A stretch of 63,777 nt of DNA, counting the filler, from Choristocarpus tenellus KU-1152 (lineage: Eukaryota; Protista; Phaeophyceae): NCBI GenBank assembly GCA_964200185.2. It is 12 parts of 12 records of this genome, joined end to end, with 100 filler letters (N's around TTAATTAATTAA, not from the genome) between each part and the next. Parts side by side here need not be neighbours in the genome. Positions count along the whole stretch, not along the records: positions 31,489 to 40,069 come from CAXNAD020004565.1; positions 40,170 to 45,383 come from CAXNAD020011488.1; positions 45,484 to 55,437 come from CAXNAD020003251.1; 9 more parts are not named here. The stretch is one strand, 5' to 3'. A program made the translations under genes and the position numbers. This document shows, in pieces, positions 36,739-48,468 of the stretch; the stretch's first letter is position 1, and every line of letters begins with the position of its first letter. The notes beneath the pieces are model-generated. The model did no database searches and was not told the origin of the DNA. It saw nothing but the letters and a program-made list of their open reading frames with translations.

Positions 36739-38715
36739 GGACCAGCTGTGGTGGAGGAAGACCCTACCCTGCAACCACATGATCCCTTCAGTCATGCCTC
36801 CAAAGTGACCTCGGATTTGAGATACTCTTGGGAAAAGGCTGGGGCCCACTGTGCTGCCAGGTTTGAAGAGGCGTCTGCTGAAATGAAGCAACGCCAGGAA
36901 CAGTCCCGGACTTACAAGGGGTCTCCAGAGGTGCAGTATCTTAATGAGTGGGCCCGAGGACCCCGGCTTGCTGAGTCCACGGCCAGATACTGCAGGCCTG
37001 GAGCACAACCACCTCCTGGGGAAGAGGGATGGACTGCGGGTGGTAGAATGGGGGACGGAGAAGTGTCAGTGCCTGTATGCCCAAACCGGCTTGTGCATCT
37101 CATAACTGAGGCGTTGGCCAAGGTGGCAGATGGGGGAGATTGGGGGGGGGCAGAGTCGAGTCTGGAAGTGTCAAAAGGAGGGGGTGAGAAGGGCCAAGGG
37201 AGGAGTAAAAGAGGTTGGCTCCGTCGCCAGGTTCATGACCGTGGTCAGCTCTGGGGTAATGAGGGGAGATTTGGGATGAGAGCAGTCCTTCCGGAGTGGT
37301 TGCAGTCTTCACGTGGGAAGGGGGAGGAAGGGGTGGAGGAACTGGCTCTTCGTGCGGTGAGAAACGGTCTCCAGGCAATAGCTGCGTACCGGGCGCACGT
37401 GGTGGATGAGTTGCAGGGTGTTGAGGGGGTTCCTGAGGTAGAGAGGGGTCCGATGAGGTTCATGGCACATACATGGGATGGACTCACGGTGGCTTTGCAC
37501 GAGACAGACCATGGGTGTGCAAGGACTGCTGGAATGATGCCACACTCACCGGTTGCGGTTTCCGGTGGAAATGCTTCTGCTACTTCTGGCAATGCCAAGC
37601 TCATGGCTGGTGAAACTACTGATTCTTTTCCTGGGGGAGGTGGTGGTGGTGGTGGTGGTACCAGGGGGGGTATTGGTATGTCCACTGCGGGGGAGGTGGA
37701 GAGGGGAAAGGGACCTGAGGATGAGGAAGATGGGACGGATCGGGGAGCATGCCTGAGGGTGGACAAAGTATTTGAGCCCAGCCTGGATACGGTGGTTAAC
37801 TTCATTGTGCCGGTGACTGATTCTCCTCCCTCAAATCTTCTCCCCCCAGGAGGCATTTGGCTGTTGTGTTGGAGAAGTGACTATTGGAATTGCTGTCGGT
37901 GCCGTTAGATGCTCTCTCGCTTTTTTTTTTTCTTTTTTTGCTCCATAGCTTCCGGGGGCGGGGGGTAGCAAAAGATTGCAGACCAAAGGCAGACTAATTG
38001 AATGGTGTCTATACCATCCATGTATTGCCAGGTACATGCACCCCTTTCTTTCCTATTGGTTAACCCGCCCGCCTCTTCTTTATTCTTAGTGAAGTCATTT
38101 TTGCGCTCCCAACGGAACTCCCAGCTCGCAGAGTAGCTCACCTTCCTCCTCAACCTCAACCCAACCTCAACCTCCCCTCTCTCAGGTCTCGTCGGGTCTG
38201 TTCCCCCGACTGAAAGTTCTCCTACCCCGACTGGAGCGCCTGGCAAGGGGGCTATCTTGTTCCACTGAGGCTCCGGATGACAGGTTTCCTCCCTGCGATA
38301 AACCAACTTATCCCAGTGTGTTTTGGCCTCAGAGGTTACAGCCCAGGGGAGGAGCCAAAGGGGAGGCTACAGCTATGGCAGCTGCGTACTTGCTGGAGGG
38401 TAAGAGCAATAGCAGCTTAGGCTCCGTGGCGGAAGAGGCAGGGTGGGCTTCTAGGGTCTCGGGGTCTGGTGAGGAGGAGGGGGGGAGGGGGTGGGGGGGT
38501 GGGAGGGGGGGAGAGTCGAAGGCCGGAAGAAGCAACTTCCGAGTGCTGGTGCCCTCAGAAGATCCCAAGGTAGAGGAGTTCTTGAAGAAGTTCAATGTAA
38601 GTGGCTCCCTCCCTAACTCTTCATCCATTGCAACGTTTGTTGTTGTGCCTGGTCATTGGAAAAGGGATTTAGATAGTATTGTTTCGACGGAGTTTGGAGG
38701 AGGATGTGTACACTG

Positions 38716-38755
<40 letters not shown>

Positions 38756-39970
38756 CCCCCTTTTTTCTCTTTGTGTAAAAAAGAGCCGGTGTGCTTTGCG
38801 TCGGTATATAGTCTTGTTTGAATTTTTGAATCAGCAATGGATAGAGACTATGACTTGATTTTAATGTCTTACTCTTTAGGAACAGGTTAAATTCCTAACT
38901 ATTCTATGTATGTATGTATCTATCTATCTATCTATATCTATATATTAATCTTTCTTTGTACTCACTCATTCCCTCTGGAAAAAAAAGAAAAAAAGAGATG
39001 AGTGGGGGCACTTCATTTCAGGAAGATTCTGACTGCGTTAGACAGAAACGACTCTTGATGTTCCTGCTTGTGTGCGATAGACTTCAGTGAGATTGAGAAC
39101 CAGAACGGAAAGCTGAACCGCGCCTCTCTTCCTATCTACATCCCGCCATCGCCCAACGAATTTAATAGTTGTTTGTACTGACCCGAGCTATGGCGCTCAG
39201 CCTATTGCTGGGAATCTCAAGTTGTGAACAACCCATGTGATCTACGATGCAACAATATGAGTACGGTTGCTGTGAAACCGATCCCTCCCAAGCAATTGGA
39301 ACACCAATCCCTTTCACTGTACATACAGTGTCGCTTTGCTGTAAGGTAAGGTGGTGACCGGTTTTTGCCGTGTTGTTTTAAGTGGAGGTATCTCTAACGG
39401 TAACAGTGGTATATGTAGTCTCCCCCATGATCCCACAACTCAAGGCGATCCTCAAAGAATGCACTGCCTCCATGGAGCCAGGTAAAATGAAGTTCCCCCA
39501 CACCAGCGGGATTTGGTCTTCGATGAACAACCTACAAACTCCACATGCTGACCTCCTCCCTCGCCTCTGACTATATATATATATATATACCTTCTTACGG
39601 CGGTTCCTAGAAAGAAGGATATATATACCTTTTTTTTCTTCATCGTGTAGTCTTCAAAGAGTCAGCTTCTTCTTTTTTTTTACAGCACACGCCGCACCCC
39701 ACCCCCCCCCCCCCTTGATGGTTATGTCGTGACGTGCATCTATTCCATTGAATCAGGTGGATGCAACATATATCCCGACGTCCAGCCCGTTCAGCAAGGC
39801 GGCGGCGATCACGGATGCTGCGGGCAGGGTCCCTCCAGATGAGATCCTTTTTGTCCACGATGTGGACCTCATGCCTCCTTGCGACCTGCCCGATGCCCTA
39901 CGTAGGACGGTGATTCAAGGTCACCAGGCTGTTAACTTCTTTGTTCCATACGAGGGGATGGCTGTGACGG
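36739..39970 (+). CDS. Multi-exon GT-A glycosyltransferase, CHGN / chondroitin GalNAc-transferase / GT7-like (partial; exons ~36739-37812, ~38332-38596, ~39383-39481, ~39757-39970)
   Basis: Last exon FSKAAAITDAAGRVPPDEILFVHDVDL..LRRTVIQGHQAVNF has the FS.G.AL / LF..DVD / R..TI.G.Q pattern with a DXD motif; upstream NFIVP and VLVP..VEEFLKKF fit the preceding beta-alpha unit. Internal splice phases are not fully resolved. Confidence 0.65.
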
Positions 39971-40002
39971 GTGAGCGTGAGGGGGGGGGGGGGGGGGGGG
40001 GG

Positions 40003-40042
<40 letters not shown>

Positions 40043-40879
40043 GGTCATGTGCAAACTAGCAGGGTGACGNNNNNNNNNNNNNNNNNNNNNNNNNNNNNNN
40101 NNNNNNNNNNNNNTTAATTAATTAANNNNNNNNNNNNNNNNNNNNNNNNNNNNNNNNNNNNNNNNNNNNGATATACTACTGGGCTGATACATGCGGGCAG
40201 TTCATGCCTCACAAGTCAACAATTGTGATCTACGCCGCGAACAAACAGGTCGGTTTTGCCCTTGGTTGTGGAGAGGTTGGCTGCACCCTGTGTTGGACTT
40301 AGATGCGAACCGTGTGACCCGGCAGTACGTAGAAAAGGTGGATCTAAGTAGTATTTCGAGTGGTGGATGTTCATTACCTTGACCGGTCTGATATTATGGT
40401 CAAAAGAACATGTCAAGATTCATACAAAGTGCTATCTTTTTCGTTTGCTATGTCGATATTTCAATATTCATGATGATACTCTTTGTCGATTTTACGAAGG
40501 AAGACACAATAACTGTTATTTCAACGCCGAGCACACATACTCTGCGACCCTGGGCCCGGTCTGACATTGGTAGGAAAAGTGTGTACTTCGTGTGTCTAAA
40601 GCGCTTCGCGATGATGATGATGATGATGGTAGATTCGCCTCCTTTGTCGCCTCTGCAAACGGCAGCGAGGCCCGAACCGAATGACACTCATGGCAGATTT
40701 AATCAGATCATTGTATTTGCTCTTTCGTAACGCACGATGTAAGCTTGCTTGATCCTGTCTTCCGCGTTCTCAGTCAAGTTATTGGTCAGCCCGCCTTCGA
40801 GAGATGTTTCAGGGGTGTTCTTCGAGTGTTCCTTCTCAATAGCTCCTCACTTGCCCACACAACCAACGTTTTTAATTAG

Positions 40880-43800
40880 GAGCTATACAAGGATTTTTTG
40901 CAAAGAGGCAATACAGGTGTATCCTGACGACCCTTCCAAGCGGGTAAGCAAGGAGTACTTCCTCCAATTGCTCAGAGAGGACAGGCCCAACATCCGGGTG
41001 AGGGTAGGAGACGAGTTTATGAAATGTGACAAATGTGTCACGTTAAAAGAGAAGCGGCACGGTGCGCCTGGTGTAAAACCCACGAACGACTCCACCGTCC
41101 TCGAGTCCATCGATAAGGAGCTGTCAGACCATCGACAGGTAGGTGTCCAGCGTTAATTTTGCAACAAGGGTACAGTGACAACATGTCACCGTCATTGCCC
41201 TCTGTTTTGAAGTAAATCCGTGTCCTTTTGCGAATATAGACTCCCACGTAGGTGTTTATGGCAGCAGCAGTAGCCTCACTCACCTCACAACTTGCTGTTA
41301 TTAGCTGCCCAAACACCTTGTAAGACAGACTGCTTCCTGGTAGTGTACAACGGGCTGTGGGAGGGACAGGTCATGTAGTGGTCTTCCGGCCCGGTACGTG
41401 CGTACTTCCTACCATCCCTAGAACTTGGTGTTTGTCTTGAACTCAGCAATAAAAAACATATCCCAATACTAACATCTATTGTTACCCAGACTACATTTTT
41501 GTTACTAACCTGATACGTGTTAACAAGTGGCATTTTTTTTTTTAACTCTGAGCAGATTTATTTGATTAATTCACATGATGTTGCTGTCCCCCATTCGCCA
41601 GATCATCAAAGCGGATTGGTTGGTCATCGCCAACAGCACCAGCAACGCCATGCGGGCCAAAGCCGACGGCAAACCTCTCGGTTTCGTGTTCATGTCCGTA
41701 GACGCCGCGAACCAGACAGCATACGCCCTCCCAGCAATTAACCTACCTATCCACGGCGGTGACAGGTAACCACACGCACGAATAGTCCATCCGACAAGAA
41801 CTTTGCAGCCACACGCGGAACAGAATAGATTACCGTGTTTTATTCTACGGATGAGTGCAAAGTCCCAAGAAATAATCGCCAAAACAAACGCACATAATTC
41901 CACTACCTATTCCGTTCATCATGATGACCTTTCTTTACATGTTCCTTTTGTTCATGTCCCCCTTATCAGGGGCTACTCCGAGCGCCAGAAGATCATGGCC
42001 GCACACGTTGAAAGCCAGTTCGCGGAGGTGTTCTTCACTCCTATCAATCTTGGAGGAGGTATGTACTGTAGAGTAGTGTAAGAGCTAATCAACGGATAGT
42101 GGAGGTCGCAGACATGTACATCAGTCATATGGGTGTATGTCCTCTACATTCCATAAACAAATTACATTACCCCTCTTTTAAGCTCCAAATAAACAATGCG
42201 TAAATGAGCAGAGTACTTTTTGCCAACAGTTGTTGAACATCATTGTTCGCACAGGTTGTAACCTTGTCTGCACAGCCACCCACCTTGCCCTCACAAGGCT
42301 TATCGACAAGTACCACAACAGCCTCGATGACTCGGGGAATTGCATCATCCAGTACGAGCATTGCAAGGTAAGAAGGTTTCATCTTGACACGACCTCCTCA
42401 ACACATACTCGCTGAATACCAGTCACCAAGTAACTAACTGCACGGTCTTTAGTTTTGGTTTGTGTGTTGCAACCTGCATGTATGATGGCGGTGATGTAGA
42501 GATTGAGCTCTAGCAATACTGGAAACCTACCCTGTTCCTCCACGAAACGCGGCGAAATGGGCTGACATATTGGCCTCACGCCCATCCCTCCTCGCTCCCA
42601 ACTCCCCAAACTGGCCAGGTCGACAAGTGCGACTCAGAGAACAAGAACAATTTCTTTCTCGGATACGCGGGGCTTTTGGTTGCGGCGAGTGTCATTCGTG
42701 TGGTGGAGATACATTTCATGATGGTGGGGCACACACACATCAAAATCGACCAGATCTTCTCCAGGTAATTAGGCAAGGTATGCAAGTTCGATAGCCACAG
42801 AGTGTTCTTATATGGACAGATACAGCCTCGAGGCTTGCAGCCCACGCTTGTTGCATTCGTGGAAGGTTTATGGCCGTACGCTGTAATTGATCGATTGGCT
42901 TTTGATTTCCCCACAACATAATTTACTGATAAGACCAGCTGCCAAAACTGCTTCGTAACATACTCTCGAAACAAAACAATTAAAAAAAAATGTACGCATC
43001 ACCCAATTATATATATATTTTTCCATATGCATGCATCAGAGCATGTGCCTGCATATATATCCTGCTTATCCACTTTGCTTCTTTCGCCCCCGCCTCGAAA
43101 TTAACTTGCTTGCATCTCACCTTCAGGTTCTCACGTGGAATAAAAGGGAAACAAATATTCACAAGAACACAGCTGGGTGAAGAGCTGCAGGCCTCCTACA
43201 CGGAGGTTCCAGTATACTACAAGACCCTGCGGAACAAGGGCAATTTCAAGGGACTCCTTCGCAGTCACGTCAACCGTGTCCCCAACATCACGAGCTACAG
43301 GGCTTTTCGCGTTGAAAAAGGCGGTTATGGGCGGGTGAAGGTTAGCGTAAAGCTATGCATGCACAGCACAGAATGGAGTGGGATAGGCGGAGACCTTGCT
43401 ATGGACCCCAACGCCCTTGCACGACCTCTTCATCGGCAACCTGCCTCGTATCCAAGATGCACCACCCTACCAGCTCAAGAGCGTTCCCAAAGACGTCATC
43501 CTGAAGGTGGAGCAGCGGTACCAGGCGTCGCACGAGCGCGTCCCTGCTGTGTACCCAAGGGTAAGTCGATTTTTTCTTGAGGGGCGTTGTTAGCTAATTT
43601 TGGTATTCGATGGCAGCCAAAAAAATCAGGTGCAACTTTTGTATGAGGCAGCCTTTGCAGCCCTTAGAAAAAAAATCTTGAAAAAATTGCATTCTCATGT
43701 GTAGTGATCGTCGCATGTTACAAAAAAAATTACCATAGATTACTCGCCATAAATGTTTTGAGTGTACCAGTCTTGTTCTCAACAGAGACGATTCCGACGA

Positions 43801-45054
43801 AATATACACCCTCCCTCTCACCGCATGCTCCCCGAGCGCATTCGTGAAACCTCACGCCTGGTAACAAAGTAACATTCATGCATCCATACCGTTGATGTCC
43901 TCGTGCTCATGGATTCCACCTTCGCAGACGATGAAGCCGTTCAGAGAGCGAAACACAAGCAAATCGAGTCTGTGCGACTTCTCCAAAAGACAGGGGAACG
44001 AGATTTCGACCTCCCAGTCCATTGGCTTCCCACCAATGACGATGGTACTGGAACTAGCACCGGCGACGTCGAAGACACCGACCAGGGCGAACGTTCGGGT
44101 GGGGGAGATAATCTCGTCAGTGGTGACAATGATCTCGGCGGACCCTAGGAAACACACTCTTCCTCATCGGACAGTGACAAGGAAGAACCTGGCTCCCGTC
44201 GACGGGGTTGGCCTCGTACTACGTTGGCATCGGGGAACCATGGAAACCTAGTCTCAGTGCAGGAAGGCAGGTTTGCCTTTTTTGTGGCAATGGAGACGCC
44301 GCTCTTGGTCGGCAAGATCCTAGCGGAGCGGGGCGGCGAGGACAGGGAGCGTGGGGTGGATATTCACTGACTTCGGCCGACCAGTGATCACACACGTGAC
44401 AACGTCGTGCTAATGACCCTTGAGAAATATGGCAAAAGTAGTTTTGTAGAAGGCTGGGTGCACACTGGTGATAGATCCGGGCGAGGTGGGAAACAGAAGC
44501 GAGTTGAAGATGTTAGCTGGGAACCCGTGGTGGGTATTGTTTGGACTAGCGAGAAATGTTTTGGGAACAGCAAGAAGATTCCTACCAAGGTCTTGACAGT
44601 TCTACGGTCTGCTATCGAGGCGAGGGAAAGGAGGGGTTTTGTGAGAGAGGGACGGCACACTACATTGAAGGGAAGGGGAGAGGAGGGGGGGGGGGAGAAT
44701 GGGGACGAAAGGGAAGACAACAGCGGCGACGACAAGGAGGAGGACGAGGAGGGAGATGAAGAGGAGGAGGAGGGCGAGGAGCAGCAGAAGAAAGACAAGG
44801 ACGACAAGGACGATTATGATAAGGAGAACATGGGTACGGGGCAGGGTAGAGGGGCCTCTGCCAGTGCAGGCGCATGTACTGGGGTGCCCTTGCATACGTC
44901 CGTCCAAGGACATATCCTTCAAGCGTCTACAGGATGGAGTGGTACGGCAGCATGGAAGAGACCTTTGGCTCCTACGCAAATGCTGCAGGCAAACACGCGG
45001 GTTAGGTTTACCGCCAGTCACTTTCGGCCCAATTCTGGCGCCAGGGAAAAGTAG
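40880..45054 (+). pseudogene. Intron-containing Sola-like DDD transposase (RNase H fold), pseudogenised
   Basis: GT-AG exons (~40880-41138, 41602-41765, 41970-42058, 42255-42367, ~42500-42764, 43127-43560, ~43870-45054) encode FMKCDKC..H, SVDAANQ, QVDKCDSENKN and FMMVGHTHIKIDQIFSR; frameshifts near 40897 and 43413 and in-frame stops in the last exon. Confidence 0.8.
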
Positions 45055-45269
45055 AGACGTCGGATTAGCAATCATGTGGCAGATATTCTTCGTATTTGTA
45101 AAGTATACCTCGTAGGCGTCTTGAAGAATGGGCGGTGTGTGTATTGAGAGCTGAGTACGCATTTTTGTTGTGGCGGATGTTAATAACTGCCTTCTGCGAT
45201 GGCAGCGACAACATGTGTTCAGTTTAATACATGATGTTTTCAGAGCCTTCCAAGCAGCATGTTGTTGTT

Positions 45270-45383
45270 GAGCCAAAGTATCTTAGAGGGTAGGGTCGCG
45301 TCCATGTGGGGACCAAAATCCAATGTTGCGATTTTGATGTAATTTTGTCTATCTTATTTGATAGGAAGTGTCAATATCCTTGT
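45270..45383 (+). mobile_element. MITE family A left part, cut by the contig end
   Basis: GAGCCAAAGTATCTTAGAGGGTAG..CCAAAATCCAATGTTGCGATTTTGATG. Confidence 0.9.
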
Positions 45384-46679
45384 NNNNNNNNNNNNNNNNN
45401 NNNNNNNNNNNNNNNNNNNNNNNNNNNTTAATTAATTAANNNNNNNNNNNNNNNNNNNNNNNNNNNNNNNNNNNNNNNNNNNNCTTTCCTGCCATACCTT
45501 TGTACCGAATTCACCCCTCTACTGTCCCCTCAATCCCCCCCCCCCCCTTTTTACAATTTAAAGCCCTCAAAAGTAACTACACATCGTAAGCAGTGGCCCT
45601 TTATCCACAAGGTTATCCCACATCTGTACGCAGGGCGGTGTAGGAGGTACAGTTATTCATTTCCCTACCCCCCTCTTTATATTTGTGTGCCCTTCTTTAT
45701 CTGCATATTTTTGTTATGTTTTCGCCCAGTCCATTTTTCTTTCAACTATCATCGCATCTCGTTTTTTTTAAATTTGTAGATATGTATCTACTGCCAATCC
45801 CCATTTCGTACTTTCGTGACATTCACTCCACCGAAAATTCTCACCTACTGTGTGCCCATCCGGGACTCCGCTATTATCTGTACTTAATTTCGTAGCTGTG
45901 ACTCTACCTAGACTCCCCACTTACCACGTGGCCTATACAGTTTTTCTTATTTGTTTTATTTCTTATACCACCTTATCTCCCAGTTTGTAGATATAATTCA
46001 TTTCTATGGCTACTCATATTGACATATCCTCTTATTCACAGGGTGCCTGTGCTTAGAAAACGTCCCATCACTAACCTTGTAACTTCCACGCATTACCCTT
46101 CTGGTTCCCTCTACATCATCCTACATTAAGTCCACACTATTCGATTTCCTCTTGTCCTATGGGTTAGGTTGAACTATGTAAGCAGCGTAAAACAATCCAT
46201 GCGCCCTATCACCGAGCAATATAAAGCTAGCATCAATCTCGGCCCTACCTATTGGGCAATATATCTAAACCGCACATACTCTACAAGATTATCACAGGTA
46301 CACTACTCCTACCCTGACCCATTCAAGTTTCTATTTTTATCGTGATTTCCATGGGATAACCATGTTTGTGGCATAAACGGCGCACTCTACAACTAGTCCC
46401 CGTCTACCCTTTAGACTGCGACTCTGCCAGGACCATCAAACCTTTTTCTTTCTGCTGTGTGTACTAACCTGAAAATTATTAGCATTTACAACTTACCAAA
46501 TTAGTGGGTACTCCCATCTCTACCAGGGTCACTACCGTGGGATCGGCTGATTGATCATTTACACGTCTAACCTTGTTTCACTCCACCATAATATCGCGGT
46601 CAATCTTTCGTAATTTCTTGTTCTATAGATTTCCCCAGATAGCCCTTGTATTATGTCTCAATCTACCCACTTCGCTACC

Positions 46680-47159
46680 CATATTCCACTCCTACACCTA
46701 CACCTATCCACAATGTTTTTCATCGTCTCAGTCACCAGCCCCCTTACCTTGTGGACCTTTCCTTACCATTTCAGTACCCGGTTCTCAAGCATCCCTGCCT
46801 TTTCCATTGGACCTTTTTCTCTTCCAGCTGTGGGAAAGATTGTTCGTGTTCTGTCTTGATCTATCTACTCCGGCGAAATCTTGCTCGGAGGTTGTCTTGT
46901 TCTCGCCCTCCTCGTCATGTACTCCTGGTTCTCAGCCCTCTCATCAGATAATGATCCTTTCTTCCCCATCCCTCTTCCTAACACTCATTCTTTAAACCTT
47001 TATCCCCTCTCTCTTAGTCAGTCATCCATTAACTATTCGATCTTTTCTTGCTTGCTTCATTTTCTCTTCACTATCCTCCATTGTCCTCTTCCTCTAGCTA
47101 ACCAGAATTCTTTCGTCTACAAAACACGGCTTATTTCATAGACTTTCACCTTCGCATCA
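46680..47159 (+). mobile_element. LTR-like family E copy, opposite orientation
   Basis: CTTGCTCGGAGGTTGTCTTG..CCAGAATTCTT..TTCATAGACTTTCAC is the reverse complement of 17138-17410; the left boundary is approximate. Confidence 0.72.
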
Positions 47160-48468
47160 TTCATCATGTTCTGAATTTCATGAATATTCATTCTTCTATT
47201 TGTTTATTATTTGATTCTTTTAAGAAACAAATAATATTATTTACAAGAACTGCTACTTTTCAAATATATTGACATATCAATGGTTCAGATTACTTTTTCC
47301 CCTTCCACATCCTAAAAAAAGAACAGGAAAAAATAATAACATTTTTATTATATTCATAGTACTGTAGTCTACTCCAATACAAACCTGATATTTCTTCTTT
47401 CATATTTAGTCCATAGAAAGTTCCCATTATATTTATGGTCTGTTCCTGTACTGGATCATATATTCACCAAACCCTTCCTATTGGAGTTTCACTCCTCTAC
47501 TCTGTCGTTGTCAACATTTTGATATACTCCGTCACTCTGGAAATACCTTCCATAGACGCCGCAACATGCGGGGCTTCGTCAGATTTGCTGACAGCATTGT
47601 GCTCATATGTGCGATCGCCACAGCCTTTTCAAGTATCTCCCTTGCTCAAACCTCGTCCAGTTCAGCTTCACAAGGTGGGTAAGGAATATTCATGGTAATG
47701 AGGGGATGTCAGCAGTAGTTCACACACTCATACCCAGCAACATTGACTACGATTTTCTGGCCTTTATTGTAGAGGTAGTGCGATATACCCGTTATACTTA
47801 GTGACTTGGTTCTTCACCACACTATCTGTTACCGTTTATTCCCAATTCACAATCGCCTTTTGTTCGGTACTCTCTGTAATCGTCGAATATGACCACCAAG
47901 AACAATGTTTTACTGATAGCTATGAGGGCAGTCTCTATCCCGCTCACTTTGCATCTTTCCCGACTTCGAAACCGGATACACTGCATCACTCCCTAATACC
48001 AGTTTCCGTCCCACCCCTTGTCAAGAGAGTTCTGTCACACTTAGTCCCGCCTGTGTTACACCATAAGGATATATTCAGCAAGGCAAGTGGCTCCAGGCAC
48101 TTGACAACAGCAAAATGTTCCCTTTTCTCGATGTGTCATTTGTAGCATCCACACTTTCACTGGAGAGCACAGGATGAAATTATAGTACACCGTTGTACTT
48201 TGTTGTATCCAGCCACATCCTCCTCCTTTATTGGTGAACCATCGAAAGAATGAGACAGTCTTCCCACTCGCATATCTTGTTGGAAATACATCTTATCTGC
48301 ATCTACTTACACCGATGCAGTGTCTCAGTTATTTTTTCCATCTCTGACCACAGAACGCTATGTGTGATCTATTGTCTTCTACCCTTGTTATCGTGCAGAA
48401 TATTGTCGAGTAATCACGGTCTCCACATCATCCTTGGAATTCTCTGGGAACTACTATATTTTTGATAG

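Noticed and set aside
37245-37856. Long antisense ORFs (also 44602-45276, 6568-6918)
   Set aside because: Shadows of GC-rich or low-complexity coding sequence on the opposite strand.
39981-40041. Poly-G tracts as G-quadruplex elements or poly-Gly coding (also 58381-58437)
   Set aside because: They lie at contig ends, where homopolymer length is unreliable.
46646-46800. IHNVFH integrase-like motif
   Set aside because: The segment aligns better to the non-coding interior of family E (22440-22500).
47500-48070. Possible Gypsy RNase H/integrase relic
   Set aside because: Motifs too decayed for a confident call.
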